Source: Fibrobacter succinogenes subsp. succinogenes S85 (GTDB lineage: Bacteria; Fibrobacterota; Fibrobacteria; Fibrobacterales; Fibrobacteraceae). From it: a stretch of 32,000 nt of DNA. The position numbers and the translations under genes were made by a program. Every line of letters begins with the position of its first letter. Positions within the stretch are counted from its first letter, which is position 1. The notes beneath the pieces are model-generated. The model did no database searches. It had not been told where the DNA came from and was given only the letters and a program-made list of their open reading frames with translations. Location: the NCBI RefSeq assembly GCF_000146505.1, contig NC_017448.1:1560001-1592000 (forward strand), in the 5' to 3' direction. Below are positions 9,446 through 16,580 of this stretch, piece by piece.

Positions 9446-9715
9446 CTACTTACTGCTGTAAGTAGCCCTAGAATCTCGTAATTCAAGAATTTTGCTTTCG
9501 GGCAAGTGCGAGTACTTGACGATTTTTTCAATCGGTTCATTGTCGGCGAGCATATCAAGAGCAACCGCAGTTCGTTCATCATCACGACCTTCCACTCGGC
9601 CTTCAACACGACCTTCTGCACGACCTTCGGCTCGTCCCTCAGCGCGACCTTCAGCAAGTCCCTCGGCTCTTGCGTTTTTCTTTTCGACATAAAGTTCATA
9701 ATTGTGATCGCTCAT
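9446..9715 (-). CDS. Small stand-alone protein resembling the C-terminal module of Rpn/PD-(D/E)XK 'putative transposase' proteins
   Basis: ~89 aa counted from the ATG at 9715 (GAGG 8 nt upstream). In-frame alternative starts are at 9721 and 9754. It carries seven (A/V)EG(R/L) tetrapeptide repeats followed by ALDMLADNEPIEKIVKYSHLPESKILELR. That tail aligns with MVDAMLANDIPIEKIAIISGISLDEIKKR at the C-terminus of the full-length Rpn-like protein at 15334-16242. Confidence 0.55.
   Translation of the reverse strand: MSDHNYELYVEKKNARAEGLAEGRAEGRAEGRAEGRVEGRVEGRDDERTAVALDMLADNEPIEKIVKYSHLPESKILELRDSRATYSSK
9585..9668. repeat. Seven tandem 12-bp units encoding (A/V)EG(R/L)
   Basis: Plus-strand units are cgaccttccact, cggccttcaaca, cgaccttctgca, cgaccttcggct, cgtccctcagcg, cgaccttcagca and agtccctcggct. 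The units differ mostly at synonymous positions. Confidence 0.85.
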
Positions 9716-9816
9716 TTTCATAGCCTCGCTTACAATACACGAATCAATATACACTATTCAAAAAAAGTGGTAAAGGGGGCCTCTTGCCGGCGAAAAAAGA
9801 CTGTAAAGAGTTCCCG

Positions 9817-9852
9817 GGAAAAAAAATAAAGGGGCGGTTTATGCCGTCCCTT
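9817..9852 (-). terminator. Rho-independent terminator downstream of lipoprotein gene 9879-10364
   Basis: Minus strand reads AAGGGACGG-CATAAA-CCGCCCCTT followed by TATTTTTTTT. Confidence 0.7.
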
Positions 9853-9878
9853 ATTATACCGAAGCAAAATTTAAACAC

Positions 9879-10364
9879 CTATTCTTCGTCAGGATTGAAA
9901 TGATTTTCGAAGCTTTTGAAAAGCGGACCCCAGTAATAATTATAAATATCATCAACCTTCACATAGGTTGCTTCGTTTTCGTTATTCCATGCCTTGTACT
10001 TGGTCACTTTTATGGTGCATGTTTTTTCATCGCCCTTCACATCAATATAATAGCGGTGCGTTATTTTGCCCATGCCTCCACTATAGTTAGTCACATTCCC
10101 TGTACGGTAGCCTGTATATGTGGCATAAACTAAAGCGTCATGACGTTCTGTCACAATTCGCCCGTTTTCGGCATCTTCTTTAGTCAGCGCAACCTTTTTC
10201 TCGGCAAACGCTCCTTTCACCGCATTGAAGCAAGTTCCAACAGGCTGGTTATAGCTTTTAGTGAGGTACTGGTCATAGAGATTGGGATCATCCAATTGCA
10301 TGGTTTTAGCACATCCAGTGAGAAGCGCAAATACAACCGTCAAAACAGGAAAAAGTTTTTTCAT
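9879..10364 (-). CDS. Hypothetical lipoprotein
   Basis: Lipoprotein signal MKKLFPVLTVVFALLTGC-A at an internal ATG with a GAGGGAG RBS. I discount the 19-codon GTG extension in the ORF track. Confidence 0.7.
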   Translation of the reverse strand: MKKLFPVLTVVFALLTGCAKTMQLDDPNLYDQYLTKSYNQPVGTCFNAVKGAFAEKKVALTKEDAENGRIVTERHDALVYATYTGYRTGNVTNYSGGMGKITHRYYIDVKGDEKTCTIKVTKYKAWNNENEATYVKVDDIYNYYWGPLFKSFENHFNPDEE

Positions 10365-10502
10365 AGGGGGCTCCCTCTTTATATTTGAATATCCTACAAA
10401 ATAATATAAATAAATCCCCACCGAGGCGGAGATTTTTATTCAAAACGACGCTAGGAAAAGCCCGCAAAAGACATTGTTTGAAATGCCCGCGGGGTGGTTT
10501 TG

Positions 10503-12062
10503 TTAGCGAATCTTGACTTGCAAGACGCTATTCTTGCACTTGGCGATGTAGTTGCCTTGGCGGAGACCATGCAGCTGCATTTGGGCCTGTCCAGCAGGCA
10601 CATTATTCGTGGAACGGACGAGGTTTCCGTTCATGTCAAATAGAGTAATATCGCCGGATGCATAAAGCGTGTTGCCAGCACGACGGAGATTTACCTGGTT
10701 AGTTGCGAGAATGGTCGGCAAAGCAATCGTTGCCGAGCTGCTGGACTGCGCAATTTCGCTAGAACTGGAGGCGGGCGCGTCGTTACCGCCATTGATAAAG
10801 TCTTCAACGTGCGTGACGCCGTTGTTCACGTAATTGCCGAGGCTGTAAACGCTACGCATGGCGTTGATAACGTCTGTTTCAAGGACCTTGCCCACCGGAG
10901 AAGATTGACGGCGGATATAAGCCATGTTGTCATAGCCAGTACTGCTTTCATTGCCCATGTCCCAGAGAATCGGGGTGAGGCCGTACTGCTTAGCAGCCGA
11001 AACGACATCCTTGTGCCACTGCACGCGGCCTTGCTTATGGAGATTCAGATCGGAACCGCTCAATTCCGGAGAGCGGACATTTGCACCAAATTCACCGACA
11101 ATGACCGGATAGCCCTTGTCCACGTAATTCGTCTTCATCTTGGCAAACTGTTCCTGCGGATGCACGATGCTCCCGAGCTTGGAATCGACGGAACCCGCCC
11201 AGGCGTTGTAACCCGCATTGCGCTTGGGTTCGCTAGCCTTGGTGTAGTCGCCATAGTAATACTGTGGCTGAATCATTTCACCACCTGGAGCACCCCAATC
11301 CTGAGGACTCGTCATGAGCGTGTACTGGTACGGGTCGTAGTAATGCACTTCGAACATCAAGCGGCCTTCGACCTTGTCCTTCGGGAAGGTGCTTACCGGA
11401 GCGCTTTTGACCGACTTGTCAATGTCGGTATTGAGACCCTGGATAATCAAGGTACGCGTGGCGTTGTTGCCGCCCGTAGCGCGGACAGCATCAATAAACG
11501 TCTGGTAGTAGTGCATGAGCGTCTGCACATGCTGCGATGTCCACGTGTTCACATTCGGACCGGGTTCGTTTGCGCCCGCAAAGAGCAAGCGTTCGTTGTA
11601 ATCCTTAAACTTGTTCGCAATTTGCGTCCAGTAAGTTTTCATCTTGTTATCGATGGTATTATCGACACTCGTGCCGATGTTGCTCTGGAACCAACCACCT
11701 TCACCTTCGTGGTGGATGTTCAAAATCGTGTAGAGGCCTGCGCGCATCGCGTAATCAACAACCGTCTTCACGGAATCGAGCCAAGTTTCAGTGACCTTGC
11801 CACCACTCGTGTGGCTATCCCAAGCGCAAGGAATACGCACCGTATTGAATCCCGCCGCCTTCACGGAATCGAGCAAAGGCTGAGTCGGGTAAGGGTTACC
11901 CCACAAGGTCGGGCTGTTCGGCACTTCCATGGAGTTACCGATGTTGAAGCCCATGCCCATCTTGGCTTGAACTTCTTTCGCCGTTGGAAGAGTGGCTGCA
12001 GAAACAGAGCCTGCGAAAAATGCTACGCCACAGGCAATTCCAAAAAATTTTGATTGAACCAT
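10503..12062 (-). CDS. GH5 endoglucanase (cellulase) with T9SS-type C-terminal domain
   Basis: Signal peptide (ACGVAFFAGSVSAA). GH5 blocks are present: GFNTVRIPCAW, ILNIHHE, FAGANEPG (acid/base Glu), FEVHYYDPY and PVIVGEFGA (nucleophile Glu). A Ser-rich linker precedes the tail ITLFDMNGNLV...GLRQGNYIAKCKNSVLQVKIR. An AAGGAG RBS is present. Confidence 0.9.
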   Translation of the reverse strand: MVQSKFFGIACGVAFFAGSVSAATLPTAKEVQAKMGMGFNIGNSMEVPNSPTLWGNPYPTQPLLDSVKAAGFNTVRIPCAWDSHTSGGKVTETWLDSVKTVVDYAMRAGLYTILNIHHEGEGGWFQSNIGTSVDNTIDNKMKTYWTQIANKFKDYNERLLFAGANEPGPNVNTWTSQHVQTLMHYYQTFIDAVRATGGNNATRTLIIQGLNTDIDKSVKSAPVSTFPKDKVEGRLMFEVHYYDPYQYTLMTSPQDWGAPGGEMIQPQYYYGDYTKASEPKRNAGYNAWAGSVDSKLGSIVHPQEQFAKMKTNYVDKGYPVIVGEFGANVRSPELSGSDLNLHKQGRVQWHKDVVSAAKQYGLTPILWDMGNESSTGYDNMAYIRRQSSPVGKVLETDVINAMRSVYSLGNYVNNGVTHVEDFINGGNDAPASSSSEIAQSSSSATIALPTILATNQVNLRRAGNTLYASGDITLFDMNGNLVRSTNNVPAGQAQMQLHGLRQGNYIAKCKNSVLQVKIR

Positions 12063-12157
12063 AACATCTCCTTAAATACCCCCACTATGAATATAATCAA
12101 AAGATTCGCAAAAAGGCGATGTCACAAAAAAGGAAGAATTGACAAAAAGGAACGAAA

Positions 12158-12190
12158 GCAAAAAAGGATGGCCGAAGCCATCCTCTTTTT
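12158..12190 (-). terminator. Rho-independent (bidirectional-looking) terminator after nfnB
   Basis: AGGATGGC-CGAA-GCCATCCT, an 8-bp stem flanked by an A-run on one side and a T-run on the other. Confidence 0.75.
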
Positions 12191-12203
12191 AAAGTGCGTT
12201 AGG

Positions 12204-12233
12204 CGATTCCGGCACGAAGGCCGGAATGACAGT
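12204..12233 (-). repeat. Hairpin-ATGAC repeat, CCGG type
   Basis: attccggc-acgaag-gccggaat followed by gaca. It starts 6 nt after the nfnB stop codon. It belongs to the same family as the copies at 26293, 26341 and 30041. Confidence 0.7.
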
Positions 12234-12239
12234 CAAGAA

Positions 12240-13739
12240 TTACTTCTTAAGGAACTCATTGACGCCTGCAGCAGCACGACGACCTTCGCCCATGGCGAGA
12301 ATCACGGTTGCAGCGCCGAGCACGATGTCGCCACCTGCGTAGACCTTTTCCATGAAAGTCTTGTTGGCGGTTGCATCTTCGAGAAGGATGTGACCCTTCT
12401 TGTCGACGGAGAGTTCCGGAGTGGTGTTGCTGATAAGCGGGTTGGAACCGTTACCGATTGCAACGAGCACGGTGTCGCATTCGATTTCGAAGCTTGCACC
12501 TTCGACCTTGACCGGACGCGGACGGCCCTTTTCATCGGGTTCGCCGAGTTCGTACTTGTCGACGAGCATGCCGCGAACGTGACCTGCTTCGTCACCAAGA
12601 ATCTTGGCCGGGTTCTGCAGAACGCAGAATTCGACACCTTCTTCCTGAGCGTGGAGAACTTCTTCCTTACGGGCCGGAAGTTCGTTCATGCTACGACGGT
12701 AAATGATGCGGACCTTTTCTGCACCGAGGCGGAGTGCCATACGGGCAGCGTCCATAGCGACGTTACCACCACCGAGGACGACAACGTTCTTGCCAGGCCA
12801 CATCGGCGTATCGGCATTTTCCTTGTCGTAAGCGCGCATGAGGTTTGCGCGAGTGAGGTATTCGTTAGCAGCGAACACACCGACGAGGTTTTCACCTTCG
12901 ATGTTCATGAACAACGGAAGACCTGCACCGGTACCGACGAACACAGCGTCAAAGCCATCCTTTTCGATGAGGTCCTTGAGCTTGCGAGTACGGCCAATCA
13001 CAAAGTTCGTTTCGAACTTCACGCCCATAGCGGCGAGAGATTCAATTTCCTTGTCCACAATCTTCTTCGGAAGACGGAATTCAGGAATACCATAGCGGAC
13101 CACGCCACCGAGCTTGTGGAAAGCTTCGAAAATGGTCACGTCGTGGCCTTCGCGGCGAACGTCAGCAGCGACGACCAAGCCGGCAGGACCGGAACCGATC
13201 ACAGCCACCTTCTTGCCCGTTGCAGGCTTAACAGCCGGAACGGAAGCGCCACCGTTGTTGCGTTCATAGTCAGCAGCAAAGCGTTCCAAGCGGCCGATAG
13301 CGACTGCCTGGTTCACGTCCTTGTGCATCTTGCCCATCGTGCAGTTCATCTGGCACTGGCGTTCCTGCGGACACACACGGCCACATATTGCCGGGAGCAA
13401 GCTCGTTTCCTTAATCTTTGCGATAGCAGCCTTGAAGTCACCTTCGGCAATCTTTGCGATGAAGGCCGGAATGTCGATGTGCACCGGGCAGCTTTCGACG
13501 CAGAACGGCTTCTTGCAGTTAAGGCAGCGGTTAGCTTCGACGATAGCCTGTGCTTCGGTATAACCCTGAGCCACTTCTTCCATCACGCGTGCGCGATAGG
13601 ACGGTTCGAGCTGCGGCATCGGCTGGGCCGGAATGGCAGTCTTGTCCTTCGGCTTGAGGGGCTTCGGAAGGGCATTAATCTTTTCAAGTTCCACCTTGGC
13701 GGCGGCGTCCAACTGTTCGCGAGTCATATGTTCAGACAT
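12240..13739 (-). CDS. nfnB: NfnB / GltD-type NADPH-dependent oxidoreductase subunit ('glutamate synthase, homotetrameric' family)
   Basis: 499 aa with two Cys clusters (CLNCKKPFCVESCP; CGRVCPQERQCQMNC) and two Rossmann motifs (VAVIGSGPAGL; VVVLGGGNVAMD). The start ATG overlaps the nfnA stop (TAATG). Confidence 0.8.
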   Translation of the reverse strand: MSEHMTREQLDAAAKVELEKINALPKPLKPKDKTAIPAQPMPQLEPSYRARVMEEVAQGYTEAQAIVEANRCLNCKKPFCVESCPVHIDIPAFIAKIAEGDFKAAIAKIKETSLLPAICGRVCPQERQCQMNCTMGKMHKDVNQAVAIGRLERFAADYERNNGGASVPAVKPATGKKVAVIGSGPAGLVVAADVRREGHDVTIFEAFHKLGGVVRYGIPEFRLPKKIVDKEIESLAAMGVKFETNFVIGRTRKLKDLIEKDGFDAVFVGTGAGLPLFMNIEGENLVGVFAANEYLTRANLMRAYDKENADTPMWPGKNVVVLGGGNVAMDAARMALRLGAEKVRIIYRRSMNELPARKEEVLHAQEEGVEFCVLQNPAKILGDEAGHVRGMLVDKYELGEPDEKGRPRPVKVEGASFEIECDTVLVAIGNGSNPLISNTTPELSVDKKGHILLEDATANKTFMEKVYAGGDIVLGAATVILAMGEGRRAAAGVNEFLKK

Positions 13740-14626
13740 TATTTGCTCTCCTTAGCCTTGGCATCAGCCATCTTGTCGATGTTGCACTTGTGACCGTCAT
13801 TGGCACCGAAGCGGTGCAATGCTTCCTGTTCCTGGGGCTTGAACGCACCCATACGCTGGAGCATGTTGTTCCAGTCGACTTCGTGGCCGTCGAATTCCGG
13901 ACCATCAACGCAGACGAACTTCGTCTTGCCGCCGATAGTGACGCGGCAACCACCGCACATGCCCGTACCGTCGACCATGATGCTGTTGAGGCTAACGACA
14001 GTCTTCACACCATACGGCTTGGTGGTGAGAGCGCAGAACTTCATCATGATCGGAGGACCGATAGCGATGACCATGTCCGGCTTGCCCTTGGTGTCTTCGC
14101 AAAGTTCCTTAAGGGGTTCGGTCACGAGACCCTTGCGGCCATAAGAACCGTCGTCGGTCATGAAAATGATGTTGTCAGCGAGAGCGGTCATTTCTTCCTT
14201 CATGAGGAAGAGGCTTTCGTTACGGGCACCCATGATGATGGTGACCTTGTTACCTGCCGCCTTGAGAGCCTGGACAATCGGGTGCATCGGGGCAATACCG
14301 ACACCACCGCAAACGCAGACCACGTGGCCGAAGTTTTCGATATGGGTCGGAGAACCGAGCGGGCCAACCAAGACCGGGATATCGTCACCGACTTCGAACT
14401 TAGAAAGTTCGGTCGTCGTCTTGCCAACCGTCTGGAAAATGAGGGTGATAGAACCTTCATTCGTATCGGCATCGGCGATGGTGAGCGGAACGCGTTCACC
14501 ATTGTCCTTGTTCGTCTGGAGGATGATAAATTGTCCTGCCTTACGTTCTTGCGCGATCAGCGGGGCGTGGACGCGGAATTGGAATACCGCGGGAGATAAC
14601 TGTTTTTTAAAGAGAATTTTTGCCAT
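13739..14626 (-). CDS. nfnA: NfnA / PyrK-like FAD/NAD-binding ferredoxin-NADP reductase subunit
   Basis: MAKILFKKQLSP... start at 14626. It has a PyrK-like fold and a C-terminal 2Fe-2S motif (DGTGMCGGCRV..FVCVDGPEF). The 28-codon upstream extension in the ORF track is unlikely to be translated. Confidence 0.8.
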   Translation of the reverse strand: MAKILFKKQLSPAVFQFRVHAPLIAQERKAGQFIILQTNKDNGERVPLTIADADTNEGSITLIFQTVGKTTTELSKFEVGDDIPVLVGPLGSPTHIENFGHVVCVCGGVGIAPMHPIVQALKAAGNKVTIIMGARNESLFLMKEEMTALADNIIFMTDDGSYGRKGLVTEPLKELCEDTKGKPDMVIAIGPPIMMKFCALTTKPYGVKTVVSLNSIMVDGTGMCGGCRVTIGGKTKFVCVDGPEFDGHEVDWNNMLQRMGAFKPQEQEALHRFGANDGHKCNIDKMADAKAKESK

Positions 14627-14729
14627 AATGCGAGGCAATATAGAAATTTTTTTTGACCACTGATAGTAAAAAAATATGTAAAGGGAGGCTGTAGAGCTGA
14701 AAAAAGCCAACTAAAGTTGTAGGAAAAAA

Positions 14730-14758
14730 TTTACAATAATTGTAATTATATTTATATT
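14730..14758 (+). promoter_or_regulatory. Sigma70-like promoter candidate for the Rrf2 gene (TTTACA-N17-TATATT)
   Basis: -35 TTTACA at 14730-14735, a 17-nt spacer, and -10 TATATT at 14753-14758. The -10 element ends 23 nt upstream of the ATG at 14782. Confidence 0.45.
14731..14745. promoter_or_regulatory. Perfect 7-1-7 palindrome TTACAAT-A-ATTGTAA, candidate Rrf2 operator
   Basis: The palindrome overlaps the -35 element and spacer of the promoter candidate. Further TTGTA half-sites lie at 14717-14721 and 14757-14761. It sits between the divergent rrf2 and nfnAB genes. Confidence 0.45.
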
Positions 14759-14781
14759 GTAGTTCAAAGGAGTCATGAATC

Positions 14782-15222
14782 ATGAGAGAATCAACGAAAG
14801 GTCGATACGCTATTCGCGTTATTATTGATATGGCAGAAAACGGAGAATCCGAATTCCACCCGCTACACAACCTGGCAGAACGTCAGGGACTTTCCGAAAA
14901 ATATCTCGAAGCGATTCTTGGAGTCCTCGTAAAGAACAATGTGCTCGAAGGCGCACGCGGCAAAGGCGGCGGCTACAAGCTAGCAAAGCCAGCGGCTGAA
15001 CTCACGGTCTGGGAAATCCTGAGTGTCATTGAGACATCCATTAGCCCGGTGGAATGTGTTGCTGACGGGAAAAACGGTTGCGACCGTGCAGACGTCTGCC
15101 CGACACTCCCGATGTGGAAGGACTTGGCTAAAATCATCAAGGATTACTTCACGGGAATTACGATCGAGCAACTGGCCCGCAAAGCCCCAAAAATTGCGCG
15201 CCCGCTCTGCAATGAAAAATAA
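14782..15222 (+). CDS. Rrf2-family transcriptional regulator, probably Fe-S cluster binding
   Basis: MRESTKGRYAIRVIIDMA... winged-helix N-terminus with GGGYKLAKP. A three-Cys motif is present: C-x7-C-x5-C (ECVADGKNGCDRADVCP). A GGAG RBS lies 9 nt upstream. Confidence 0.85.
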   Translation: MRESTKGRYAIRVIIDMAENGESEFHPLHNLAERQGLSEKYLEAILGVLVKNNVLEGARGKGGGYKLAKPAAELTVWEILSVIETSISPVECVADGKNGCDRADVCPTLPMWKDLAKIIKDYFTGITIEQLARKAPKIARPLCNEK

Positions 15223-15268
15223 AAGCGTGAAATCAAGTCACTTTCCGGACTGAATTTCGTGCATGTAC

Positions 15269-15296
15269 ACGGCGGCAAAACCGCCGTTTTTTTTTT
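15269..15296 (+). terminator. Rho-independent terminator after the Rrf2 gene
   Basis: ACGGCGG-CAAAA-CCGCCGT followed by a run of 10 T. Confidence 0.8.
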
Positions 15297-15333
15297 GCAT
15301 TTTTAGATATATAATACAAAAGCATTAGGGACA

Positions 15334-16242
15334 TCAGCGCTGCGCGCTGCGCTTTTTAATTTCGTCCAGAGAAATACCGGAAATAATAGCGATTTTTTCA
15401 ATAGGAATATCGTTAGCAAGCATCGCATCGACCATTTCAAATCGAGTCTCAATCTTGGCACCAGCCAAACGACATTCTATTTCTTCTTTTGCAATCATTT
15501 CTCGCTCCAGTTCGTTCAGAGTGGTTTTGTCCAAGTTTTCAATTTTGATGCGGTTCAAGGCGTCGTTGACGATTCCATTCCCAAAGTCAGGAAGCGGTTC
15601 GCCCTCATGCGCGTGTTTGAGCACATAGAGCCAGGCGTCAACAGGATCTTTTACCTCGTCTGCGGTTTTATTAAACTTCGGCAGACTTACAATAATATAC
15701 TTATTTTTGGGGAATAACGTCTCGATGATTCCTCCATCTAACACTTCCTTGCTATAAATAGCCCATTCATCAATGTATTTTTCCATGCAGTACGGCAATT
15801 CAAAATCACAAATCCAAATGGATATTGTTTCGGGAATTTCATAACGCCGGTATTCCTTTTCTTCTTTTGTGAGCGTTTTAAATTCTTCTGATTTATCCAT
15901 TTCATGCTTGCCTTTTATAATCAAAAACGCTTTGTACAATATGGTTCGGTCGATAAAGAAACTGTGGTCTGCCTTCTGCATTTCAATATTAAGGAAACGC
16001 TTAGAACCCGTAGTTGCGAAAGCATCCAAAATGACTTTCCGCTCTTCGGGAATCATAAATCTTAACGTATGTTCAAACGAGTAATTCAGATTCTTGATTT
16101 GGTCGTCGCCTTTCAGGTGCAAGATTCCATCAACGAAGTCCTTGATGGCATCCTTGCTGGCGAACAGGCTCTTGAATCCGGTATCGGTTCTCGGGTCGAT
16201 GTAGGTTTTGCCTTTTAGCTTTTCAGGAATAGATTGATTCAT
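15334..16242 (-). CDS. Rpn-family / PD-(D/E)XK nuclease ('putative transposase', PDDEXK_2-like)
   Basis: 302 aa. The N-terminal YIDPRTDTGFKSLF and the core FLNIEMQKADHSFFIDRTILY are typical of the PD-(D/E)XK 'transposase' family. The C-terminus has an HTH-like tail. Composition is AT-rich relative to neighbours. Confidence 0.8.
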   Translation of the reverse strand: MNQSIPEKLKGKTYIDPRTDTGFKSLFASKDAIKDFVDGILHLKGDDQIKNLNYSFEHTLRFMIPEERKVILDAFATTGSKRFLNIEMQKADHSFFIDRTILYKAFLIIKGKHEMDKSEEFKTLTKEEKEYRRYEIPETISIWICDFELPYCMEKYIDEWAIYSKEVLDGGIIETLFPKNKYIIVSLPKFNKTADEVKDPVDAWLYVLKHAHEGEPLPDFGNGIVNDALNRIKIENLDKTTLNELEREMIAKEEIECRLAGAKIETRFEMVDAMLANDIPIEKIAIISGISLDEIKKRSAQR

Positions 16243-16248
16243 AATTAC

Positions 16249-16269
16249 ACCTCCATTAAGTTTGGAGGT
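16249..16269 (-). promoter_or_regulatory. Shine-Dalgarno-sequestering hairpin in the 5' UTR of the Rpn-like gene
   Basis: mRNA reads ACCUCCA-AACUUAA-UGGAGGU-GUAAUU-AUG. This is a perfect 7-bp stem whose 3' arm is the GGAGG SD. Confidence 0.5.
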
Positions 16270-16305
16270 TCTAATCTACAATAGAGAATTTTCAAAAAGC
16301 GAAAC

Positions 16306-16336
16306 TTTGCAAATTTTGCAAACAACCGTTTGCAAA
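16306..16336. promoter_or_regulatory. Three copies of the palindromic octamer TTTGCAAA upstream of the Rpn-like gene
   Basis: Copies at 16306-16313, 16315-16322 and 16329-16336, which is 64-94 nt upstream of the start codon. Confidence 0.35.
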
Positions 16337-16580
16337 ATCGTTTATTTTGTCAACTATGGATTTCAACACTTCACTAGCAAAAAATACAAAGCCTCCCCAA
16401 AATTGGCCCAAAATACAAGAATCTATTCAATTTTTCTGATTTTTCCAGAGCCACATCATTTGCAAAGCCGCATAAAATAAGGTATATTCAAAAGCAGGTC
16501 TTATAGGGGCTCTTTTTGAGCGGAGTTAACACAAAGGAAGCGGTCCCTACGCCTTAACTTTGTCGCCCCCAAAATGTATT

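Noticed and set aside
9585-9668. The 12-bp tandem repeat as a slippage-prone contingency (phase-variation) tract.
   Set aside because: The unit length is a multiple of three, so slippage would not shift the frame. The units differ at many synonymous positions, which disfavours recent or frequent slippage.
9399-9852. Two similar GGGACGG...CCGYCCC hairpins flanking the small Rpn-C-like ORF, considered as possible terminal inverted repeats of a miniature mobile element.
   Set aside because: Each hairpin is self-complementary and followed by a U-run in the orientation of the gene upstream of it, which is ordinary terminator architecture. I saw no target-site duplication or further shared flanks.
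15297-16300. The Rpn-like gene as an active insertion sequence.
   Set aside because: I found no terminal inverted repeats or direct target duplications flanking the gene. Rpn/PDDEXK_2 'transposases' are generally not demonstrated mobile elements.
16262-16480. A 72-aa ORF on the plus strand in the 338-bp Rpn/TPR intergenic region, and a possible ncRNA there.
   Set aside because: It has no RBS, low-complexity AT-driven sequence and no recognisable motif. I could not identify a conserved RNA structure, a tRNA-like T-loop or a terminator that would support an RNA gene.
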